Shown here in pieces: positions 23,397 through 36,223 of a stretch of DNA of 64,000 bases; positions within the stretch are counted from its first letter, which is position 1, and every line of letters starts with the position of its first letter. Source of the stretch: Marsupella aquatica (taxonomy: Eukaryota; Plantae; Marchantiophyta). The stretch covers positions 12,986,937 through 13,050,936 of the forward strand of contig OZ316891.1 in assembly GCA_973895155.1 (NCBI GenBank). Direction: 5' to 3'. The notes beneath the pieces were generated by a model. That model made no database searches. It was not told the DNA's origin and saw nothing but the letters and a program-made list of their open reading frames with translations. The position numbers and the translations under genes were made by a program.

Positions 23397-26300
23397 TCAT
23401 TGTACACTGCACATTTGTAGGCAGCAACACAGCCCACATGTTGCGGGATAGTTTTTGATAAAGATCTCCTTATCCAAGCCAATGATGTAGAACTTGAAGG
23501 AGCGGTCACCCTCAGACATAACGACGCGGGTAACAGGTATAACTCTAAGCTGATGTCGCTCGACAATTAATCTGGCAGTTGGGGGGACCTTTTCCCGTGT
23601 AAGAAATAAGTCTGCAGAGAGTTTTGTGAGACCATAGGAAGCAGGAAACAGCGCAGGCTCGCACATGTGCGACTGATTGCTATATAGCTGTATTCCACTT
23701 GCCTCACTGAGGACGTCATCTGGTAAAGTTGCTGCGTGACTTGATGCACTGATTATCTTGTTGATAAGCGTTCGCCTAATTGGATCACCCAACATGCAGA
23801 CAAAATCATCATCATCTCTACACAAAGTGACTAAAAATAAGGCCAGATGGCCACGAATCGGAATAAAAAACTGCAAAGCAAAGGATTGGCATTTCATGAT
23901 TGGCAATCCTAGAAAACAACACGATCTAGTCCAATGATACCATACCATCGAACGATTAGAACTTGGCTGAAGAGGAGGGATCCATTTCCGTCGCAAGTAT
24001 TACATTTCACTAATCCACGCGAACTGCACTGTTTGCAGTGTTTCAATCCAGTACCTTTACAATGTCCACATCTGCACAAATATGTAACGGCAGTAAATGA
24101 TTATAAGTTTGAGACACAACGAGTAGTACACCCTCTCTAGATCAAAAACTAATCGAGCAATCTATAAACCTTCAGTTTCTAAGTCACTTTTAATTACTTT
24201 TGGAGGCCTTGAGTGATGTAGTGGAGAAGCTTTACTTCCAACCCGAAGTTACAATAACAATCAAAGGAGATATTATTCTCTTCTCTGTAGATTTAGAACA
24301 AGCGAAAGAAAGACATACTCTGTATCAGAACCATCTAGATGTGCAATGAGTCCTCTCCCGTGGCACTCGGAGCAGGCTGCCGCTTTCCTTACGACAACTG
24401 CTCCAGATTCGTCAGTCGTATGGCATGCCGTACAAGGAACTTCGTTTTTACCGGAACAAGCTGCAAATAATTTTGGGAATATTGGCTGAGTGTCATGATA
24501 CAAGTTAAATTTTTACACCCCCGAGCTTCAATTAGTACTGAAAGTGCTGTTGGACTATGGAAGTTAAGCAATGATATGCCAAAGCTACCAATACACTAGG
24601 TAAGCCACGCTTAACTAGATGACGGTTTATCACATTCTTCGAACTAGATGCAAAAAATATTGTGAACCACAACTGGAATGACATTGTGCATCGTGGAATA
24701 CAAAATAGATTGGTCTTGAACTGAATCATATTTAAACATCACAACATCAAAGTGACTACAGAATAAATCTCTTTGCACAGAATGCCATCGCAAATATAAA
24801 GACGAGCTTACTTTTGCAAACCTCCACTCTTTGGGAGAAGGAGATGATTGTCCGCGCTTCCTTTGCCACAGTGAACAGCAACGGAAACTCATCTCTCATA
24901 TCCACCTCCCAAGGACCCAGGGGTCGCCCCTGCTCCTCGGTTGTATAAGGTTGACCTGAGTAAGGCTCCACCTGTGACTGCACCTCCCTCTCCTCAATGA
25001 AACTTTCTAAAGCTCCTATGAAAGCGTTGCAGTCTTCTACCTTCTTCATGTTCCACTTTGAAGCTGGCCGACTTCCCCAGCAACATTCATGATTTACGTG
25101 ATCAACTATGAGTTCCCGTATTTCGTCCTCGTGATGACCCTGCACACTGGTCATTCGAACATTAAAGGCCTTTCAATAGTCTGTCTCAGCCTTTGAAAAT
25201 TTTGGTTTGCGACAATAAGGCTAAAACTTATGGTCACTGTTGACTGGCATTGCACAAGTATCGTCATCTGGAGTACCATTCATTTCCTTCTTATTCAGGA
25301 AAGATCATGTTTCATAGAGAATTTATAGAATTTATCGAACTGTTTGGCAAGATTCGTCAAGCAGAGAGGACCACTTTAACTAATATGTTACCAGTGTCAT
25401 GACCGAGTGGTGTATCGCCAATTTCTGCAATACCACTCTGCAGACAACGTAAGTCTCTGCTCCTCTTTATTGAACGGCATGACTCAAAGGCAAAGACTTC
25501 AACGCGCGAATTCTCACCTGGACAACATATCCGGCGGAATAGAAGCCTCTACTGCCTGCGGAATAGGGGGTGGTACTCCACCTGAAAGTTTAAGATACTA
25601 CCAGGGTGTCAGTGCTTGATGTATTGAATACTCTGCAGCACTCACCAAAAACGGCGATGTGCTCATTTACAGGGGGCAACGAAATTCAATTGAATATTGG
25701 CATCGAAAGTGTAAACTCCCGACTTTATGAAACCCAATCATCCAAGATCTCTAAGTATTATACCAACTTCGCCAAGAGAAGATACAGGTGGAGAGAGAAA
25801 TATAGACGAACGAAGGGGATATTTCAACGTTAAGTTTTTTATGGCAGTACCCTTCGAGTACTTGACCTCACATCCCCTTGCTTCAATCCCACACGAAAAT
25901 GCATCGGAAGTGGTGCCGAGGTAATTGACCTTGATATTGCAGCCCGAGAATGAGAGCAACTCTCTCTCTGTGCAACAGACACACGCACATGCATCCCTAG
26001 TGGTGCCAAGCTAAATGACCCCTCATATCAGGCAATTTGTCCGGGGCCAGTGTGTAAAGTACCCCTCCCAAAGGTCTTATGTCGGCTTATGAAATTGGAC
26101 ACGAATCCCACCCTACACATAATAGCCTCTCTAACCCAGTTTGCAGCCAGGTCCACTATTTGGTTCCATTGTTCCCACTTGGCCACATAAGTCCACAGAG
26201 AGAGAGAGAGAAAAGAACCGACGCAGCTCATTCATAACAATCAGCAAAATTCCAAGCCACAGGGACGCGGTCGGACAAATTGGACCATAGAGAGACGGAA

Positions 26301-26691
26301 CCTGAAACCTCTCGCTCCTCACTCGCAGGAGTAACAAGCGCGCCATAAATCCATTGAGGGTAAGGGTCCTGAGAAGCCGCGTGTCGGATCTCTGCCGGAT
26401 CCACCTCCACAGGGCCATCGCCCGCAGATGGCACGACATACTGTGCCCACTGAGCCCACTGCCTGACCTTGCCTAGAGACCACTCTTCATTGTGCTCCTC
26501 TTTCCTCGAGTCTCCTGCAATCCAACCATTCCCCTTTCAATAATCACTCCCAACAATCCGAACTCCCAATTACCACGAACGAGATTCATCCGAGAACCGG
26601 GATCTAACACCAGCTACATGGCAAAAAACAGAATCTCGGCTGGTTGTTACGTGCCTTCCTTGAGAAGCGGCTCCGTCTCCGTCGAAGTCAT
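23397..26691 (-). CDS. SSUH2: SSUH2-like / At2g38000-like DnaJ-type zinc-finger protein, ~431 aa
   Basis: Proposed exons 26691-26655, 26514-26302, 25581-25518, 25146-24812, 24460-24319, 24071-23946, 23775-23397 (1296 nt). Motifs EIRELIVDHVNHECCWGSRPA, EDCNAFIGALESFIEERE, CxxCxGxG repeats and ERHQLRVIPVTRV..FYIIG..YP. The last four exons are secure; the first three junctions are less certain. Confidence 0.88.
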
Positions 26692-26953
26692 CTGAAACGA
26701 AATCCCGCTCCGAAATGATCGCTTGCCACGACTCCGATTCCTCAGCTAAGCAAAGGGAAACCCACCACAGGCCCAAACACTTCTGTGAGACCTTCGAAGT
26801 TTGTGACGAGAATATATAAGAATAAAGCTTGTCCTTGCGCACAAGCAAGCACAGTTCTGCTCTGTGGCTGCTGTTGCCGGTTGCTCCCCCGGAGGAAGGC
26901 AACGCGGTGCCAGAGAGAGGAAGTCCAAAGCAGAGGAAGAGTTTCAGGAGACG

Positions 26954-27020
26954 AGACGAGAGGAGAGGCGAGGAGAGGAGTGGAGTGGAGTGGAGTGGAG
27001 AGGAGCGAAGAGAAGAGGAA
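26954..27020. repeat. (GGAGT/GAGAG)n pentanucleotide tract in the SSUH2-like 5' leader
   Basis: GAGGAGTGGAGTGGAGTGGAGTGGAGAGGAG seen directly. Confidence 0.8.
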
Positions 27021-27519
27021 GAGGCCCAAGGCGTGAAGGCCCGTGAGACAGGGGATGCGTTGGTCGAAGAGGAGACTGGTGTCGCGACGGGACTACGCGG
27101 AATGTTGCCACCGACTTCTGAGGGGTGTACAAACAAACTTGGTGGCCAAGGGACTCTGTGGTGTACATTTCTTCGTTTAATTAGTTTTCACTCGGTTAAG
27201 AAATGTTTCGTTAACTTGGTTATGGCGTCCAAAACGTTCCGGTGAGCTTTTCTGTTGGTTTCACACCTCCCCCCTCAATTTGGGGAGTTTCTTTGACACT
27301 ATCTTGTGAATCCATCTGACCTGATTGGAGTACTCAATTTCTATTCACCCTGCCCCCTCCCCATTTTCCACTGGCACCCTCAATTTCAATTGCACCCCAA
27401 AAGTCAGGGTTCAGAGGTAGAGAGACTTCATTCTAGAATGTAGGCCATGAAGAGTAACTTTGAGGGGCAATTAGAAAGTTAGATATCGCCATAAGTTATT
27501 CTCAGTATATGTATATTAA

Positions 27520-28106
27520 GGGGAATCTACCAAATTACCCCCACAAGCTGTCAAATTTATCAAAATACTCCTAAAGTTTGATTCTCTTGAACACCTTCTA
27601 AGTACTTTATCACTAAAGATGTTCTAATTGATAATATTGCCACTGTTGTTTTTTGTATTTATAAAAATATCACGATTTCGTATATGGATGAAAATTTTAC
27701 CAAGGTAACCAGAGGAACTATATATGAAAATCGTGACATTTTTGTAAATACAAAAACAAACAGTGGCAATATTGTGAATTCAAACAATTTTAGTGGCAAT
27801 GTACTTTAAAAAAAACTGTTCTCTTGAATCCAAGTGTTGCTTATGCCACAACCCCTCTGAATAGCCATCTAGCGTAATAAGCAAAACTCCATTGCCATGC
27901 AACATGCACTGGCACGAAACAATACCATATATCTTCTGACAATATGTACTAATTGAACACGAAGCAATGCGAACTTGAGAAGCTAAGGTGTCACGTTCTT
28001 AGGGAGACATTGCAGCTGTATTTTTTAACATTACTTTCAAGCTTTAGGGGTACTTATTAAGTAATCTTGATAACTAGTAGGGACAATGCTTTGAAGCAGA
28101 TACACC
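27520..28106. mobile_element. Older TIR element hosting the MITE at 27592
   Basis: Degenerate ~55-bp inverted ends: GGGGAATCTACC..TACTCCTAAAG (27520-27576) versus CTTTAGGGGTA..AGATACACC (28042-28106). Confidence 0.45.
27592..27818. mobile_element. 227-bp Mutator-like MITE (near-palindromic)
   Basis: About 95-bp inverted arms (GTACTTTATCACTAAA..TTTAGTGGCAATGTAC) flanked by a perfect 10-bp direct repeat TTCTCTTGAA (27582-27591 and 27819-27828). Confidence 0.85.
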
Positions 28107-30000
28107 TAAAAAACAACACCCACTATATCTAGTCATTAGATTTAATTGATTGACACATTGGCTAGCAAAGAGGGTGGTGGATGACAGTATACAATGGTCA
28201 CAAGAAAATAGGTATGCATGTTATCAGATTTATAGGTCAATGAATGAAACTAGACATTGATAGTTCATGGTAACAATGTGAACTTTAAAATAACTGTACT
28301 TTAAGTTAGTCAGTTGTTCTTGTTGGATTATAATGTATATGTGCTAATGAAGTGAGTTAGCATTCTTAGATGCATCAAACTAGTTTTAAGCCATAATGTT
28401 GTCATCTCAAGCCCATTTGGCTGAGCCTTTTAGGTAATTGCTACCTACAGTAGCTTGGGGACATACTTATTCAATGAATTTAAAGATAATCAAGTGTCCA
28501 TAACTTTCTGATGACCCTAATCAAACCAATCTGTTCAAAGACTCAGATTTTGAGGGAAAGAGAAATGAAAAAACTGAGTTGTAATTTGGGGATGAATGAA
28601 AGACAGAAAATGGGTGGAATGCTAGGGCGGGTATTGAGGGGGGGGGGGGGGAATTTTGGGGTTGCAAGTTTCCATTCAATTGAGCTCCAAACAAGTATTA
28701 GTTTCCCACTTTGTTGAGGGCTATTTTAGGGTTAGCCATTGAAGTTTGTTTCATTCATTGACTGAATAGAATAAAGTCTAGTTGTGAGACACCATGGTAG
28801 GGTTTGGTTGGTATTGTCAAAGCATCATCCCACCCTCCCAAATATTAAAATGAAAATGATTGGGCGTCCCCCAAATCCCAGCCAATAGTGATTTCTTTAC
28901 AGACTCCCATGGGATGCTTCTTCCAAAATCCTTTGAAGTCCCGCGACCACATCAGCACCATTGGTCGGTCACAACAAGAACAACAAACTATGCACGAAGA
29001 ACCAAAATGTGTCTTACTCAAGGCAAAGAAAAACAGTTAGACCACCTAACCGGAAAACTGGCTATGGAAACTAAAGAGTATCATTTCAAATAAGCCAAAA
29101 GAGGGGTAATAAAGGGTAAAGGAGATTAACTTTGAATGGGTTATGATTGTCTGATAAAATTCTCAGGGGTTTCACTTCCACAAAAATGGCATATCACGTG
29201 CGACGAAGTATAGGGTCATTTTATTAATTCGAAGGGAAGACTTAAGAATTTTTTGAGAAGAACAATAGGATCTTTAAAATCCAATTTTGAGACTTATAAG
29301 AACATTAGGGTCCTTATAACCAAAATTTTGGAATATTCTTGGAATATTCCAACTTTATAGGAGTTGAAAAATAAATTTTTTTCTTATATTTTAGGGGGTC
29401 TAAGACCTAAAAATGTCGCAGGTGATGGGGAGGCATCCATATAGTGAGACCCCCGAGATAAAACTATGTTTTCTGGTAAATAGTTTAAAATTTATAGATA
29501 ATGCAAAATTTCTAACTAATTAAGAATGGGTAGAAAGAAACTCCTTACAATTGTATTTACCAAGGTAAAGTGACCCTTTGTCTACCATGATTGGGTAGAG
29601 GAGTAATTAACAAGAGAGCATAAGAAACCCTTCAACTATTATGGACAAAGGAGTAAATGTGAGAAATTACTAAAACCTAGAAGAATTGGAGTTTGGAATA
29701 GCATTTTGTGGGCGAAATTTGGTATTGGAGTTAGATTAAAAATGATTTTGGTTTTTTAGGTCAAACTATTTTCTATCTTTTGGGAGATGAATCCTTGGGT
29801 TTTGCTGACAATTTCTGGATCTTATTTTTCCTAAATGGTTTGGGAAATCCTAAAATTGCCAATTCCATCCAAACTCCGATTAATACAAATTTGATTGTTT
29901 GAGAAAATACTCAATTTTGCATGTAAAAAGTTGCAAATTTTGTGATAATTGGTGCAAAATGAAAACACAGTTCTTGTTTGCATGCATAAATAATTCTTGT

Positions 30001-30056
30001 TTGGTTTGAAATCATATTTTTAGCTAGTTGGTTTGAAATCATATTTTTAGCTAGTT
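30001..30056. repeat. Exact 27-bp tandem duplication
   Basis: TTGGTTTGAAATCATATTTTTAGCTAG occurs twice. Confidence 0.9.
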
Positions 30057-30842
30057 CTTTTAGATCTACTTTAGGATATTTTAGGTGAAGAGGTGTGTCT
30101 CTTCACCCAGATCCTCCTTAACATTATAAAAGGGAGTACCTTAATTGTTAGACTCAAACTTTCATCTTAAGTCTCCTTCTTTGTACCTTTGCACAGTGGC
30201 AAAACTATAAGGAAGTAAACTTTTGGATTGTTGAATCTTGAAAGGTGTAATAATAGATTCCAGAATGCAATGATGTGTTACACCTGTTTAAGTTCTTGAT
30301 AGTAATGCATGAGATTGGAATTATTGCTGCCAAGCCTATGTTGGAGGAGATTTTTAATTCATGCAAAATAGTTCTGACTGAGAATGATTGTGTTCTTTTC
30401 ACAATGCAAAGTACCGCTTTGGATGTTGAAGTGTTTGTTGCAAGCTTGTTAGTATTGATAAAATATCACTTAGGGAGAAAGGTCAAATCGTGTTGACAAC
30501 ACCTTAACCCCGCACGCCATTAGACATTCATTACCAAAAATTAATGCATGGTGGTATTAACACTAAAAGTCTAATAAAGAAAATGAGTTTTGGGCATGAA
30601 CTTTGAAACATTAATTTTAGGCTCACTTAGAACTACTTCAAGATCTACTTATGTTTTGTTATTTGTTTCCATTTTGTTAATTCTCATTGAGAAGATATTG
30701 AGTTTCATCTTTTAAACCATAAACAGTTTAGTTGTTGTGTTTTGGACTTAGACAACCTAGATGCGGAGTTTTGGTCTAAAACAATTACCAACTCACAGTT
30801 AGTCAATTCCTACTGTGTTTTGTTCCAACTAGGAACAAATTT

Positions 30843-31516
30843 GTGTTTATAGATGTGAAATTGTTAAATGCGCATTTGATCATATACTACATAGAACAAG
30901 ATGTCACCAATCATGACAAAAATATCATTGAGCCAAATACATGTTATGTAAAAAACTGTTTGTGGAATATACACCCTGATCTTGATCCCATTATAGAACT
31001 AGATGATTTGCACAATGTGCCAATGTCAACAACAGGTGTGCCTGCTACTATGGTCAACCCAATAGAAGAGTGGGTTGATGCACTTCAAATAAAAGTGTTT
31101 GCTATTGTGACAATTCCAAGAGAAGTGCCTATTGAGCCTAGCTTTACTACTATGAAGAAAGGGAGCATCCGGACATGAAATAAGTTTGTTGGAAGCAAAA
31201 CCACCTCAAAGGCATCATACAAACCTCCAAGATTGGTGTTGGTAGAAAAATATAGGTGTCCGAAACAACCAAAGCACCCAATGCAGAGGGCTATGTGGCT
31301 TGTTGGTTATTGATGACTGGAACCTGTGTAGGATTTGGCAAGGTGCAAGTAAGTTCGACCACTTTCCATGTCAAAGCAATTAATATTCCACCTGGTTATT
31401 CAATAGTGTTACTAGTCAAAATACCTCTAAAACCTAAAGTTGTCCTTACTCCCAACATCAATGATGATCCTCCTCAAAAGTTACTTGCACATGCTGCAGG
31501 TTTTTTGATACTATAA
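30843..31516 (+). mobile_element. Degenerate CACTA/EnSpm TnpA-like coding remnant
   Basis: VGFGKV....FH....IPPGYSIVLL........L.PN.NDDPPQKLL.HA.GFLIL resembles the C-terminal domain of En/Spm-associated proteins. It is interrupted by stops. Confidence 0.5.
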
Positions 31517-32089
31517 CCAAACAAGTATATAGAATATTCACAATAATGTGATAGAATGATGTGTTTGTAATGGTTGTTTCATGCTTTTTATATTTCAGGA
31601 CTAAAGAAACAAAGAAATCTTGCTTGGTATTAGACAATTTCATTCATTTAGTTTCAATATTTCTAAACTATTACTAGTTTAGAAGTTCCAGGGGTTTCTT
31701 GTATCATTGATGGTATTGTAATGTTGTATGATAATTGAATTGACCATTGTTATTCATGCTCTATGTGTATTGTATTGTGATTCTCTGAAATTCTTAATAA
31801 TCCTTTTTTCAATAATGTGTTTATCTCATGCTTTGTTATGTGCAAAAGTGTTTCTATATCCTATTCTCTTTGTTATACTCATATAATTATGATGAATGCA
31901 AGTGTTAAGCTAAATGTCTTGCAATGTGTACAGAATGTGTGCTAGCTACAGAATATTGTCTCATGAATGCAAATGTCACTCACTTTGAATATCATTATAA
32001 AACAGTTCTAACTACCTCTCACACTAATTGGCTGCTAATTGCGTAGTCATCACATCTACAAACTCCACTTCAAATCTCTTCTAGTTATA

Positions 32090-32480
32090 AAGATGACTAT
32101 GTCAATTCCCAGAGGATTTGTTTTATGACTTGTCATAGTTGTAAAAGTTGTCTATGTTGTGACAATTTAGTGTCACAATATAGTTACTCTAAACTTTCAC
32201 CACATGATTTTGAGTACCCTCAAAGTCAATTTACTTTGCTTTTAATCGAGCTCGTGACTACTCAAAGTCATAGTGTAGTCATGTGTTGAGAAGGCTTGAT
32301 GGTAATCCGGCCGGAATCATAGGGCAGTCACAAGTGGGTATCAATTGAGTTGCAATGGAGTGTAGCATTATCTAGCGACTTTCATTTTTTAGTCATGACT
32401 TTGGCAACTCCACGGGTCAGAGCCAGGGTCATGACAAGTTGAGTCAGAATGAAGTCACACAAGCTGAAAAGAGTTGCATA
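32090..32480. repeat. Array of AGTCAT/ATGACT/GTCAC motifs in both orientations
   Basis: Dense AGTC/GACT cores, e.g. AGTCATGACT, CGTGACT and AGCGACT. Confidence 0.55.
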
Positions 32481-33155
32481 TTGAGGGATTAGAATAAGGC
32501 ATTTTCTTCTAGTGAAAGTTGTGCACCCCCTTTGCTCCTCAATTCTTGTTTTCCACTTGCACCCCCAATTTCATTGACCATGGTATGGAGACTTTCACTT
32601 GAGAGTATTTTTCCTCTTTTTGTTGATGTTGCTACCATTGATGCCAAATGTTGGTTGATGAAATTTAGGAATGGAATCACTCTAGAGTATAGGCCATGTA
32701 AATTAACTTTAGATTGCAAATATAGAGTTAGATTAAAAAACAAAAACAGCTAAAACACAAGAAAATATTACGCATCTACCACTATAATAAGGGATCTTGC
32801 CAAATCCATCCATTGTTTGTTTACAAAAATAAAAAAGAGGGAACAATACTATGCCGTTAGATGTTGTCCAGGGTTATTTGAGACTCCTGAATTGACTCAA
32901 ATGGATACCCAGAATTGTAGAGTACAAGGTATAATACATGTGCTAAAGTACATGACTCTGCTAACTATTTCATAGCCTCCTTAGGAACACTTTTTGGCAT
33001 GGAGTATTAAGTCAAAATAAACTGTCTTGATATAGAGGTTTTTGGCATGGAGCAAGTAAACTAAGGGGAAGTACTATAGATTTACATGAGCAAGGTTATT
33101 GTGGATTTTGCTTGTGAGAGGGAAATTTTGTTTTTTGGAGTCTAATTTTGTCTTT

Positions 33156-33375
33156 CAACTTTTAAGTACATTGCCACTAAAGATGTTGAATTTATAATAT
33201 TGTCATGATTTTTGTTGTATTTACAAAAATGTCACAGTTTCCGTATATAGCTCCCCTAGTTACCTTGGGGAACTTGTCATCCATATACAAAACCGTAACA
33301 TTTTTATAAATACAAAAAAAACCCTGAGAATATTGTCAATTAGAACATCTTTAGTGGCAAAGTACCTAAAAGTTG
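33156..33375. mobile_element. Second copy of the Mutator-like MITE, inverted relative to 27592-27818
   Basis: TIRs CAACTTTTAAGTAC and GTACCTAAAAGTTG. The central CCTAGTTACCTTGG is the reverse-complement counterpart of CCAAGGTAACCAGAGG in copy 1. Confidence 0.85.
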
Positions 33376-34348
33376 TTTTGAATGTCTTTTTCTCCTAATT
33401 TTTTCTCTTTAAATGGTGTTGCAGGGAAGAAAAAGAGGGAGGGACAAGGGAAGCAGAGCAAGAGGAACGAAAGGGAGAGCATGGGGGAGGGGGGAAAATA
33501 GGGAGGCACAAAAAGGTACCCTCCAAATAGGATTCCGCAACGTACCCCACTTGGACCCCATGATGCCCTGGATGTCCTTACCCGTCTTGTGCCCCCCAGA
33601 CCTCCATCCACTCACCCTCCTCAACAACATCACTTTCATAACAAGATGTTGGCTAAAATACTATTGCTCCGCCATCAATCATGCACCCAATGACACTTTT
33701 GCAACCATAACATGAGATGGGCATGGCTCAAATGATAACACTTTGGCAACAATCACACAATCGTAATCACAACACAATTGAAACAAAAATTGACTTTCAA
33801 AACCACGACACAACTAGAGTGACAACATGATCAACAGCAAAAACATGGCCACAATGATAATTGCATAATGGATGGACATAGGGCTCAAAAGTTCACCTTA
33901 CCTCCACAAATTAAACTTCTTTTCCTCAATGACTTCTTCCATGACATCTTTGAGACAATTACATATTTTGTGCAACACAGAGGTACTAAGCTAGTGCATA
34001 CATTTTTGTCTCTTCTAGTAATGTTTATGCATGGATAAATACTTCTCTGTGTTGTCATCCCAGTTTGCACAATAGACAAATAATTATTAGGTGTATCTGA
34101 GACCTCCAAAATTTTCTCATCTTTAAAAAGATTCTCAGTATCTTGGTGTAAAAATGACATTTCAATGTACCATTTTCTAATATTCAAAATCAAGAACAAA
34201 AGAAAATACAAGAAAGTACTTAATTAATGCATAAATCTCTCTAATTATGAACTTTGAGGTAGAAGTCTTATTTAGGAATATTCAAAGGATCTTGGTGTGA
34301 ATAGTAACATTTCAATGTAGCAGACTCCAAGAATTCGTAAATCCTGTG

Positions 34349-34595
34349 TGTGTAACCATTTCTGCAGGGGCCTGCTATAGTCATAATCTGTTCTCCTGAA
34401 AACTTGAACCGGTGACCTCTTTCCGGGCAGGAGTTATGTACACTAATGCAGGGCAGGGCTGGGGTTATAGTCTGTAACCTGCTCCCGGAATATTCAAAAA
34501 AGCTTTCCGGCTGCCGCCGGTCAGCTTATTTTCATATTCCGGACGCAAGATTACAGCCTAGTAACCCTGCGCCCAGACCTGCATTACCCTATACA
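34349..34595 (-). mobile_element. Copy B of the TSD-less interspersed family (possibly Helentron/HINE-like)
   Basis: Ends TGTGTAACCATTTCT and ATTACCCTATACA are shared with 44962-45326. Internal inverted repeat at 34444-34477/34551-34586. Confidence 0.65.
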
Positions 34596-36223
34596 AAATG
34601 AAGCACTTGCTGAGAACTAATGGAATGCAACACTGATATGCTGAGGTCCTCCTCTCAAAGTTTTATTTGGAGCGTGATTACACAAGGCATATTCACTGAT
34701 GTTGGAGCTCAGAAGATTGGGAAAGGGAATGGCAAATGCTGCAATGTCTATGGAGCCGGAAACAATTCTGTGCATCTTTTTCTCATGACATTCATGCAAG
34801 GATGTTGGAGCCCGACTTGCTTTTGAGATGTTTCCAGGGTTAATCACTTGGCCTGCTGTGGAGTTTCTCAGACTGTTGATGGGACTGTTGAAAGATTGAA
34901 AGGGGATAATCTGTTGCTGACCAGGTTTTATGTAATCTCCCCGGGAATCTGTTGCTGGTGAGGAATGAACAGGTGTTCAGGGGTTGTAGTAAGTAGTTTG
35001 ATCTCAATAGGCGCCTCAAAGTTGACAATCTGGTGGACCTCAACTCCCTAGTTACAGGTTATGGACACAAAAAGTTAGTCATCCATAACTTTTTGCCATA
35101 AGATTGATCTTATGCCATTACCATTGGTCGTTGTAGGGGCTGGTGACCAAAGAAGCAAAATTGTTTTTTACATAACCTTGTGAAAAAGTTATCACCTTTT
35201 TTTTACAGTTGAATGTCATCATCCATAATTTCAATGCTCTGAGTCGCCCTAATGCCATCCTGTCTAAAATGTTGGACCATTTGCATGATCTTTATGATGC
35301 AGCTGGAACGAAGTAGAAAGAAGACACACATGCTTAGCGGTAAGGAAGAGGTAGGATTAGAAAGACTTAGATGGCTGCATAGGCCTGATGTACTCTTAAC
35401 TGTCTAAAAGCTGGACTGGGCTCTTTGTAGTATCTCACTCAGGGTTTAGTGTTTAGTGCTCCCACGTTTGGGGCTTTTTGCTCCATTTTAGTGCTTTCCG
35501 TGACTTAGACTGAAGGTCTCCATGTCATTTATGTCCTCCTGGTCTGTCTTACTCAGTCTTTTGCCAGGGTTTTAGGGGGCCGATTGGTTCCCTCTGTTTG
35601 GGCTTGTGTGCTGCCTTTGGGGGCTCCCCTGGTCTGGGTGGTGTTCTGTCCCCATTGGGGTTGTTACTTGTTTCTTGTTTGGGTCCTGGCTCCTGTGTTG
35701 CCATTTTGGCCCCCCTTCCTGTGGGTTTTGGTGGATTTTAATTGAAAGGAAAAATAAATAAATAGAAAGAATTGAAAGTGAAAATCGTAAAAAATCAAGA
35801 AAATACTTATCCTATTCATAAAGCAAAAATAGAAGTTAGAGTTGGGGTGTAGACTCCTAGAGTGAAACATATGTCTGGAGTGAAACTCTACACATAATTC
35901 TAGATAAAGACAAAACTGAAAATGCAATGCATATCAAAAATGAAAACGAACCACCGTAGATATTTTGGTCAAATCTCCATAAATATTCAAAGATTGGGCA
36001 TTCAGGCTGGTGTTTGCAAATAGAAATGCCTTATGCAATGCCATCTACATTTGGGCCATAAATAAATAAACATTAAAATTTCCAGCCTGCTGACAAAATG
36101 TGAGGTCCTCCCTCCAAAATAAGTTTGTCGTCACCTTTAAGATATTCGAAGCATCTTGGTGATAAACATTGACATTTCTGTGTGCCAGCTTTCTAAACTT
36201 AGAAAATGAGAAAGTCCAATATA

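Noticed and set aside
26570-27245. Several 60-188-aa ORFs on both strands
   Set aside because: They arise from the pentanucleotide and GA/CT-rich leader of the SSUH2-like gene.
28121-29446. CACTAT...ATAGTG as CACTA termini
   Set aside because: The match extends only about 8 bp and no 3-bp TSD was seen.
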